Source: Antedon mediterranea
Lineage: Eukaryota > Animalia > Echinodermata
Direction of reading: 5' to 3'
Length of the DNA stretch: 64,000 nucleotides
Assembly: GCF_964355755.1 (NCBI RefSeq)
Contig: NC_092674.1
Coordinates: forward strand, 24,242,001 to 24,306,000
The notes below the pieces were generated by a model. That model saw only the letters and a list, made by a program, of their open reading frames with translations, did no database searches and was not told the origin of the DNA. The position numbers and the translations under genes are program-made. Numbering within the stretch: the first letter of the stretch is position 1; each line of letters begins with the position of its first letter. Positions 11,801 through 23,800 of this stretch are shown piece after piece.

Positions 11801-14800
11801 ATGGTGGTGGTTACAGTGATTATCTTACCTCATCTGAATCTGGTAACACTTTTAATAAACCCTTCAGTTTTTCTGTTCCAAATTCTGCACTTTTTCCTTC
11901 ATGGATGATTTGGATCAACTTCTCATTGGTACTGGAAAAATCAAGAAGCAAATTAAATTAAATCCGGTGGCATGGTGGCAGGTAGCCTTATATATGTTTC
12001 ATAACCGTATTTAGGCCGATTATCAAAACAAACTATTGTAAATATTGTATTTCGTGTTTATTCAAGATTATTGTCACGTTCAAATAATGAATGGATGGGA
12101 TGTAAAGCCGTTGTTCCCGTGTACTTAACAGTGCACGTTAAAGAACTTGGTACACTATTCGAAAAGAGTAGGGTAGGGGATCGTCTCCCGGTGTGCTCCT
12201 GGCTGCCGTGGGTCCATGGAGGGCCTAATCCGAATTTCCTCAGTTTCCAGTTAAGCTTGAGGACAAATATAAATACCTTTACCTTTACCTTTTAATGTAG
12301 GCCTAACTGTATTGTATAGGCCTACAAATTGTTTTGGAAATTACAACAAAATTATAAAACACACAAATGCATTTAAACATGACAGCAAAATCATGTTGTG
12401 TCTAACTCAAGATGTGCGTTTATATTTAGTGTGTATATATTAATATTATTAAATATTATTTTTTCATTATCGGATAAATATAGATGTTGTGATATACTTC
12501 CAGACTAATAAATTTACCCAATATCATAGTCGAATTCCATGATACAGCATAATTATGTGAAACACATGTGATATTTTATATCATGGAATATTATATTTCG
12601 GAATTTGCCGATGGTACTCAAATATTGTAATGTGGAGATAAAGCACTAAATAACGGGTGCGGGAGAGATGAATAATAGGGACGTTTATGGTAACATGGTT
12701 TGGCTTTTTTTTAACGAGAAAGTAACAAAAGTTGCACAACGTGACAACAGTTTACTCCCTAGCGAGTTGAAAGTAATCCTACAATAGCATAATCAAGGTT
12801 AAAAAATTACAAAATTAGCACATTAAAATTGTAATCTTAATGAGACTTGACATTATTAATATACGTTCTTCCATCATTAGCAAACATCTTGATTCATCAC
12901 AAGTGTAGGCCTATTATAGTTTTCATAACAATCATTATTAATAGTTAATTTATATCATAATTAATATTATTTCCATGGCTTCAAACAAGTTTTCATAATA
13001 AGGGTCTTATGGGTATATCTATACACGTGGGTATAATTTATAACTTAAAGGCGAGTGTCCTCTTTATTTTATAGGGTTGTCCCCTGAATATGTCTTGGTC
13101 TGCAGTATTAAAACGAGTATTGCTCTCACTTGTCGTGTACCCTGGATGCGGGTTGGCTGTGATAGAGTGTTAAAACATATATAGGCCTAGCCTCCTTTGG
13201 TTTCACGGAAAGGTGCTGGAGTCCTAGAGTGTCCTCTGGATAATGTTGTTTTCTGAATAGGGTGCCGCAAATGTGTGATTTTATTTAAAACATGACTATA
13301 TGACGAGGCTTTAAACCATTTTTAAAGATATGTATTTTTCTTACCTTCGAAACTGCTTTAAGAAAATGTTGACGTTTAAGCTTTTTCGTCCATCCAGAAG
13401 ATTTATTTCGGCTGATTCCTTCTTTTTCTTCTCCTGAACTTCTTTTCCTTTTTCTCCCGTAACACTTTTCTGACAAAATAAAGCCTCTACGTCCTCCCAA
13501 TTTGCGTTGATGCCATTTGATAACTAAGTAATTAAAAATGAATAGTTAGGCTACAATATAGTAGCAATTCTCGATTCATTTATGATGTCAACAATGCCTG
13601 TAGGAAGTACCGATCACGCTACCGATATTTCCAAAACAAATTAAACCAATCGTGACGCGCCAATCTGGGTAGACTTACTTGGGCCAACTCCTGGAAAATT
13701 GGTAATGATTTGTCGACAGCTATTTAAACTGAATAAATAGTTTATAGTTGTGACGACCATGGAGTAAAACGTGCGACCAATAGGACTAATAATTACCAAG
13801 GTTGACTGCCGTTTACAATTAACATATATTTATCCGGAAATGAAATCGTCCTGGGATTCTCAAAGCATGTTGTTTCCGTGGTAATACGCACGCGCGTACG
13901 AGAATTTTATGAATAAAAATGTCCGATCAATTATTTATATTAAAAAGGTTTGTAACAGGAAGCCTATATTTATAATATTTAATGCCGAAGGGAAGAGATT
14001 GTATGTTGCTATTTGTCTTATACACTAAGTCTTAACACATGAGTACAATTGTGTCTTGACAGTGGGCACGTTCCACAGAACGATCAGATATTTACGACTA
14101 CAGCTCAGAAATATTAAATTAGAAAGTACAAATAACCGTCTGTGATGGTTATATAATTATTACATGTGGCCAAATTTGGTGATCAGGTATTGGTTTAGCC
14201 GTTAATACACCGTATATTCGACAAAATACCGTAACACGTTTTAGGACCATTATCTGTAAAATCATTATTATATTAATTAATGTAGAGGGCCCTGACTGTC
14301 AGTTAACCCGGCCCACTGGGCTAAATTAGAAGGGTTACCGCACCCTTGAAATGGAAACAAAATATATCAAGCATCAGAGAAAATTTACGGAATGCTGAAT
14401 TGGTATTACTAGACTGATATTAGGCCTACACGTCACATAGAAGACATTAAGCGCTGTAACTTGCAACCCATTCGAGTAAATAGTTTGAATTTACACCCCC
14501 ATTTCCCCCACCCCCAAAAGAGAAAAAAACAGTTACCTTATTTACTCGATTCCATATGTTGTCGGTTGAAGCTGCTCTCTGTGGTGGAACTTTACTCCAA
14601 TTCAAAGTTTTCATCTTCGCTTTAGGTTTTGTTTGTGGTATGGCAGTTGCAACTGGAATTAAACTATTGACGCCGTTCATCGATGGTGGAGGTGGAATAC
14701 CTGACCCTGGAAATGGTGGTGGTGGCGGTGGCATACCGGGACACCCTGGAGGTGGGGGCGGAGGTGGCGGCGCCCCCGGGGGAGGTGGTGGTCCCCCTGG

Positions 14801-17800
14801 AGGTGGGGGTGGCACCGGTAAAGAACTAGGGACAACGCCCTCAACTGTAGGCACATCTGGCTTTGAATTGTTTGCATTGATATTTTGAGGTAGGTTGTTA
14901 CCCGATGAATTTGAGTTCGTGACGTCATCACTGGATTTCAGTTCTAATGTATTGAGTTCGTCTGTGTTTATTGCACTTTTTGATTCATGTGTGTCATTGT
15001 TTGAATGTCCTTCCACATCGTCCAAGACATTTAATTTATTATTTCCGTTTCTATTTCCACTACCATGTCTCCCGCGCCGATGACGACACTCTTCACAATG
15101 CGTGCTGGACGCGGGAGATTTCAAATCACGGACTGCCTTACGAAGGTCGTGTTCGCCCTGTGTAACAAGTTTTTCAGCATGTTCACGTCTGTCAAGTAAC
15201 GTGGCCCGGTGCACTAATTTTTCAATTGTAGTCCAAATGACGCCACTTATATTGTCCTTTGGTTCTATTCTAAGTAGATGCTGTAGAATTGTTAAAAATA
15301 CTGTCGATTGTGGCGTGTCAGAAACCTAAAACATAATAAATAATCGATACTATTCAATTCGATAATCGATTCTCATGCAATATTGCCTTATCATTCACAC
15401 ACACACACTCACATGGCACCATACTGCCTTTCGAGTCGAATAGAAAGTCTTTTAATCTGTTAGAGTAGGCCTATTGTTATTACAGTCTTTTCACTTTGTC
15501 AATGGTACCCTGATTAGGCCTACAACCCACGTTGTATTATTCGTGCGAAACGCAAAGCCCTGTATACTTATTCAGTAGTTAAACATGATGAAGATTTCGA
15601 CAATCGGGTCGAGGTATCACTACTAGTGATAGTTAAAATTGACAAAACTTAAACCATGCAATTATGGTTTGTAAAATTCCGGGTTTGTATTATCTGAATT
15701 TAAGACGACATAGATACGTCCAATCACATTCATTCCCGTGACTCCCTTACCATTGTCTCACTTACATAATGTTAGGGATAGTTAGGGGCCTAGAGCATTA
15801 CAATTTATTGTTGAAAAGCAATGTGGCTGGCATGGAGAAAATATATATCTCCGACCAGGGGTTACTGTAGGTTACAACAGGGTACACAAACAATTAGATT
15901 CGTATAATTGTGTGAAAATATAAGATATAACGACAAGTAGACGATTTAAAAAAAAACTGACCTGGCCGAAGACCGCATGGTAGACATCGAGGTGGCTGTT
16001 TAGATCAACCCCTGACGTACCACTTAATTGGTCTTCATCAGCTACTTTATTGTCGTCAAACACATCTAACTGAACGTTTAGTAAATCTGTTTCGTCCGAG
16101 TCCTCTCGCCTAAAAGAACAACAGAATCGATGAATCAATTAAAAATGTAGGCCTAATGGGTCATTTTCATCAATATTAAAGGGTGTGGTAGTGACAAGTT
16201 TTATATTTTTTTTTTTTAGCCAACGTAGGCCTACGGTAGGTCTACACCATAGAATACAGAAATCAACATTGATAGTGCTGCATAGGGCATGCGTTATATC
16301 CAGAACAAATACAGATAGGGAGTTAATTTGGGACAAATTTATTTTAAAATGTTGCCTATATCCTGTACCCAGATTGGCGCGTCACCAATAATGAAAAATA
16401 AGCAGGAGTGAGAATAAGGCTAAAGCATAAACAGATTCTGCACTCACTCCATATATTGTGGCAATATTACTGTACCTTTGTCTGTGCTTTTTTATTTGAT
16501 ACCCAGCATGGTACCTTTTTAATAAGATATACAAAAAGTAAACTACAAAAGTATATACAAATTTACCTACAATAAACCTCATAAATACATGTTATACAAA
16601 TAGTTGATATTTTTAGAAATGTACCATGCCAAGATGGTAGACTTACCAACTACAATTCAATTCCTTCTCGTCCACACTAAGAATGTAGTCTAAATAACAA
16701 CTAGTCGTCGACGTAAGGCAAAAATACGTCATAGTCACATTAACAATTTAACCATACATAAATCTTATACAAAGTGGTTAGCTATAGGTAGCATTCGTTC
16801 AGTCATCTATAGCATTAATGTTTACGGCAAATATAGCTTCCATTGGCGTGTACACAACAGACCCAGTTAGGCTTAGAATTAACTGTGAAACACCTAGGGT
16901 AAAGTGAATTCATTTGCATCGCCTTTTCATAGCAGCGTAAATAGGTGTGAACTCTCAAACAAGTAATTTATACAATACCATATTTTCTAAGTACCTATGA
17001 GCAGTGATGTTTCTTTGTTCAGGTTTAGGGGAGTGGAACTGTTGGTTCAAGCTTAAATCATTAGGACCAAAAAGTGCCTAATTAAAATAAGAATCCGTTC
17101 TTTTGTGAATCTCTAACTTTTTTGATAACCATAAGAAGTAACGGTGCACCACGTAATATTATTGATTGATTAATTGGTGTCAACATGCTATAGCAAATAT
17201 ATTGTATTTGTTTATTATATTTTTGTAAACGTTATTTATTTATTTTATTTTATTCTGGTAGGCCTATATATAAAAACAACTTGATATTGCAGTCAAGAAC
17301 TGAATTTCATCAACATTTACAAGTAAAAAGAATATTAAAATGTACATATTATCAGACGTACATAATAAAGTAACTACTGTACTACAGTAGGCCTACTGAT
17401 TTTAAAAGTGTGTAACAGATACAGGCACCCATACAGGCCTACGTTACAAAAAAAAACATTATTCCTAAGAAAACTTGTTCAAAAAATATTGACCATATAA
17501 TCAATTTAAATTCAAACAACAAGAAAAAAAACCATAATAATTAAATGGAATGTATTTGTTTAAACATTCGATTTATAGTAGATAAATTGTAGAAACTTTG
17601 TTTAAAATGTCTCTTTTCAACTCCGTAGTTTGTTATAAATAAGCGTTGGTGGCGCACTGCGTAAAACATAGAATAAAATATCGGCCTTCCATACTTTGGT
17701 AAATGACATCTAAAATATTCATTCTTTGTTGGATTGTGTTTTACTGATTTTCTGAAATGAAAATATTTACTGTAGCATTGTATTGCATGGTTATCCCAGC

Positions 17801-20800
17801 AATAACAAACCCACCACTAAATATTTTTACTGTGACGAAAAATTCCTACAAGAAACCAAGACCAAAGAAAAGCCTAGGGCGAATAACGTTCCAAACTTGG
17901 ACGTATGCTAGCTGTCACAGGGCCAAGGACCACGAAAGTGATAACCTATTTAACACGTGAAACATACCTAAAAACAACAAACATGGAGAAAATTATCGAC
18001 GTCTAATCGGCCTGGTGGAATTCATTAACAAGTTCAGAAATCAACAAATAAGTTAATTTCATACTTCCGTTCAAATTTAATATAAAACGACATGCTATAC
18101 TTTATTGATTATGTTTGCTATTTTGTTATCGTCCATGACTATCATAGAAACACTTTCGACTGTAATAATATTTTTATTCGTACGGACGGAATAATAGGAC
18201 ATAGGACAATGTGGAAAGAAAAGTGAGTGCAAGTCGGAAAGGGACCACGAAGAAGAGTATAATATGTCAGTCAATCGATCGATCAATCAATCAAAGTTTG
18301 AATGCACTATAGGCAAAGCATATATCTATTATTTAGAGGCATACAAACTAGACATATATATTACATTATTTGATTTCCATTATGAACGCAACGCAAGATA
18401 CTTACGCGGCGCATGCGAGTGTTTTGACCAATCACGACAACGCCAACGTTGGATTGGTCAAATTGTTGCGTTGCGTTCACGTTATGTTGTATTGAGAAAC
18501 AAGTTACAATATTGTCCATTCAAAACGCAGGCTATGTGCCACCATGGAAGAAAAAAATTATTTTTTCCTCCATGGTGCCACCCATATCGCTTGAGCAATA
18601 TCTACTGTAGAAGTCTGGCTGCCAATGATCCTTATCCCTCCATTGTGTCACTAAAAAGTTCATTAACAGAAGGTGCAGTCTGGGTGAAATTTTAGCCGAG
18701 TGGAAGGTCCTAAAACAAACTTTCGACTGGGTGTATGAATGAACCAGGCGATCCTATGCTAACCGCCTCAAGTAGGCCTACAATGTGGATTATAAAGATT
18801 ATTTATTAAGCCAAATCAAGAACTTAACAATCATTGTTCAGGTATATTCCACATAAAATAATTAATCCAACATGGCGGTCTTAATTTCTGTTATGGTATT
18901 TTGATTTGTGTATACAAAATATCATCTCTTGTCACTGAATATCATGTCCCCATTGCTCCGCAACTGACGACGACGCCAAATTGACTTGAATGTGACGACC
19001 GCAAATTTCTCATCACAACTGTCGTTAATGAGTTCTAGGCCTTGTTACTAACGAACGTATCGCGCTCGGGCTCTCCGGGTGGGAGGTCCTCGTGCGTAAT
19101 GAGTTGTTTCCTTCGGGGCTGCAAGCCAACTGATCCCTGAGAAATACATCCACCCTAATCCTTGGCTGCAGCTGTGGGGTTTACACCAATTATGATAATT
19201 TCCAAATAATATTCTTCAAGGTGAGAATATTTTTTCATAATGTCACGTAGTGTACACAAAGTAAAGTCTATTTTTATAAACAATAATTCGAAACATGTTT
19301 GAAAAATGTTTATTGTGTAGTGTTGCTTTTTCTATTCATTGTAATTTAGGCCAATTTAAATAATTTGTATTAAAATACTACAGTATTATATTTAAAGAAA
19401 CTTTGTTTTAAAATATTGTAATAAGTAAAAGGGCAATACACAGATGATATAGACTGATAACAATTTGTGGTCGAATTTCCCATTTCCATTCTTAATAATT
19501 GTTAAATCAAATAGCCTACATAGCATAATTAGGCCTAATCAGAGCAGAGGGGGAAGAATTATGCTAAACTCCTCCAAAATGGGTTAAAACGCGGCGTGTC
19601 TCTGATCGAAGGAATTACAGTAATTAACACATGCCATACATCTTTAAATAGGCCTAGCTTAAAACAATTATAAAACAAATGGATCTATTGTTATAGGCCT
19701 ATTTCAATTGTTAAATTAAATTCGTCGTATTTGGGTCTCAGAATTGAGGTCACAGTGTTGAACGCACGGTCACACGGCCGGTCAAGTGCGATTACATAAC
19801 AGTACGGAAACTCATGTGCGCAGCATGTGCGCAGTGGGTTCTTAGTCTCCGACTGCGCGAACATTTCCCACGAATATATTTGGATAATGCAATATATTTG
19901 TAGTCGGATATGGGTTCATTATATCAAAAATACTCAATTGGAATCGTAAAGTGGAATACGATCTTATGAAACAAGTTCCCACACGTAAAAATATTACGAC
20001 CTTTTTTAAATTCCAGACTTTCAATAGCTATAAATACATTCGTATTGTGTGTGTTGGCAAACTTGATTTAAAGTTAAATAATATATGACAATGTTGAAAG
20101 ATTGAATTAAAACGAACCTTTGAATACGGCATTTTTAAAGTTTTAATAAAGTTATTCACTTCAGCACAACAGAAACATGATTTCACTTTAAAAAGACAAA
20201 ACAAACGGTTAAATTTAATCAAAACCCCCATTGCCTGAGAGACAATGACCTTCAATCTGGTGGACTATTTTTTATTTAAATTATGATTTATTTATATTTG
20301 TGTGTTTTCGTTCCAATTGTTGGTCAAACTGATCATTAACGTACTATTATGAGACATTACAACAAACACATTTTTACATGATTTTTAAGGAAAAATTATC
20401 GCTTTTAAAGTGAATTGTGGCAATTTTTGAAAGAACATTCTGAATAATATAAAATTTAATTCTTCTTAAGTCCTACTTTTTTAACCAGGTAAGAGATAAA
20501 TTAATTTCAATCTTCCTTGTTTTTTTAACCAAAATGTTAGTAGTATTTCATTATCAGTTAATTTAGGATTCTTCCATTACTGTTGATCGATATACCTAAC
20601 TAATTACATACGGTATAATTATCACACATCCTACTTTGCTAATTGAACTGATTAGAAATAGCAAATCAATTGTATGGTCTAATGGTTACAATAAACAATG
20701 TTTGCCTAGTCGTATGGGACGCCAAATCTGCAATAAACGGTATATAATTTAGCCATGACTTATTATTTCTCCGTGCTTCCAACGTTAGACCCAATCATAC

Positions 20801-23800
20801 ATTTAAGGTAATTGACCTATCTTTGTATTTAGTTTTTACCTTTTATTTCTACTCTTGTACTGTATTTAGTTATTAATATTAATTTTATTTATATGTTGTC
20901 AAACATATAATATATATAGCTGTGTTCTTCTGTTCCAAAAGACTTAACCATGGAGGTATAACAAATTTTATACCTCCATGACTTAACCAATACATTATTA
21001 TTATTATTATTTTTATTATCTGACATAACTATTTAGAGAGATTAACTGTTATAAATATACTAAAATTACTTTGAGAATAATTCATCCTTCGGTACTATGA
21101 TAAGGATGATTAAAAATTACCCATCCTCTCTCTATCTCCTTCCCCGCCCCTCATACACGTTAATCAACGCCAAAAATAATATTCTTGAATTGAGGTGGTC
21201 TCTCGTGAGAAGTAAACATCCTACAAGCCCAACGTGTCATTTAATTATTGTATTTAATATTGATGATGTTATGCGTTTGACTATTAAATCCATCAACAAA
21301 TATAATAACTAAATTTATATATTGTGCAATTAATAATAAAAAAAAGCAACTTACCGAAGTTTACTAAGAACGTCCAGAAGTTTTAAACCTGCAAAATCGG
21401 GATGAAGAAGAATAAGAGTCATATTAACAACCAAGGAAAAATCTCTTCATATCACAAAATAAATATTTTTAAACTCTCAACACAAATGCACCATGTGAAC
21501 GCCGCATCAAAGATCACCACTGTCCAATATTTATATCTCTGTTTAACGACCATCAGCAGCAGGCCAGCTCACTGGCTACTACGCCTTCTTCCCGTCGTAG
21601 TCTGTCTCGTTATGGTCTTATCTTTGTGTTTTTATTCCCTGGTTGTTCGGTGTGTTTTGGAGCCAGAGCCTAATTGGTGATCGGTGCTCTGCGGGAGTTT
21701 GGGCTGGCGAGCAATACGATACGAAATAAGGGCGGATAAACTTAATGACGGTAATACCCAAATGACTATAACGGTTCAGTTATTAATTTGCTGCAGTTTG
21801 GTAACAAGCAACGGTGTTTTTACAGGTTAAAGAAAGCAATTCTGTGAAGATCTTTAAGATTGCATATTTCTGGGTATAAGAAACGAAACCATTACAAAAA
21901 TAATAGACTTATTAATATTGGAATGTTGTTCAATATTGCCCTGTATTTTATTGTTTTGTTTAGATTCTTTTTAAAAATTACGAACTTGTTAAAACCGTAC
22001 CGGTAACATTATCTTAGCACCTATATTTATTATACATTGCATAAAATCAGGATTTATATCTGGCATGCCTATTATTACAAAAAACACTGTGACCTAAATA
22101 ACTGTCAAAATAATGTTTTCCACCCTCGCTGTACGCTTTCATTGTATTTTGTTTCGTCAGTGTCCAAGTTATTGTTTTGCTTTGTTGTGTTTCGTCAAAA
22201 GCATTGTTGTTTTTTCCAATTGATAAAGACCTACACACCATATTCATTAGCATAGGCCTATTTGTATTTCTTGAGCTTGATAGTAAATAGACCTAGGGAC
22301 ATAAATATTATATCGCCTATAGAAAATCATGTGTGAACACAGTCTTAGACTGTTTAGTACTATCGTCAAATTGACGGATTGCCAACTTTATCTCCGAATG
22401 ACTGTGATATTAGGCTTATGTCTTTTTAGTCGTAAATCAGAGTTAGATTAATAAACATTTTCTTTAAAAAACACCTGTTCTACAACAACGTGAGAACATG
22501 AACTTGAAGGCCTATGTACTATAGTAGAAAAAATAAACGTATAGAAATATTTATTGACTGAGGATAGACCTGTTTTGTGAATGAAATACTGGCGTCTTCG
22601 TTTGGCGAATTTAGGCATATGTCGGAGACACCCCTTTCCCTATTCTGGATTCGCCTCAGATTTATATAGGCACACTAGTCGATAACGTACTTCGGTTGTA
22701 AGCGAAAAACATTGTTATTTTCCTGTCTGTTTTGACCTTACCGTAGCCTATAGTTTATATTTAAAATGGGAAAACTCACGGAAAGAAAAGCAAATTCATC
22801 GTACCTGAAGCTGTCTTATGCATGTCCGAAGTGTGGTGTCATGGCCTAGCGATACTTCAACTACCCTATGGTGTTCACATCAGAGCTATACTTTTACTAA
22901 TATGATACGTTTACCTTTAACAAAGACTTAGTAATAACTTAATAAGCAAACATGGTTGACCTAAACATAACCCATAAATTCCCTCGTAAATTGTGTTATT
23001 ATATTCGTTTATTGTTGTAAACAAAGGCTAATATTTCAATACTTTTGTTTAGACCCGTTAAATATATTATTACTACGTTACAATTGGATAATAGTTATGT
23101 AAATACACTCATTGTCCAATCATTTTGCAATAAACAATAAAGTTTAATTCGCTTAGTGGAAATAACTATTGTTCACGGCACAGATTTATTAATTTGTCAA
23201 GAAGTAGCCCTGTCTCTATCCCCTCAAGAGTGAAACAATAATCATGTACTTCCAGACAAACCGCTTTGATTGTTTGTTCTTTTTGATGGCCACTTGTTTT
23301 TATTAAATAGGTGAGAATATTTACAAATTCGCAACAGTTGTTGCAAGAAATAAGCCGGTAAAAGAAATAATTTCATGGATTTCTTAACATTTGAACGACA
23401 ACAAGCAATGACCTCTTGGGTGTCTGTAAGGTCAGTGAATATAGCACATCGTTGAAATTTTGATAATTGTTCGGAATGTGTTAATTTAGACCTATTTGAC
23501 ACTGATTGTTGTGAATGGTTAGTATTACGTTGGGATGTACTATCCTTTTATTTGAACGTAATTCACCCCAGACTAAACCAGTATAATGTTTTTAGATTTT
23601 TTTGATTTCCAGGCAAACTTCTATCTGTTGATTTAATTTTTTTTTAAACTTGAAATTGACCTCTAGTCTAGGTCTACCAAGTGAATGATTGATAAACTTT
23701 ATTGTTTTGTTGAGCCAAATGCAATTGTTCGTACCTTTAAATACCTAACTAACATTATACATTAAATATATCTTGCAGTGTTTTGGTTTGTAGCAAAAAC

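Noticed and set aside
14556-14888. Gly-rich plus-strand ORF, and other plus-strand ORFs within 2093-5867
   Set aside because: Antisense shadows of formin exons (FH1 poly-proline and the terminal exon).
19060-19190. HDV-like ribozyme (contains tcctcgt)
   Set aside because: P3 and P1 pairings could not be built on either strand.
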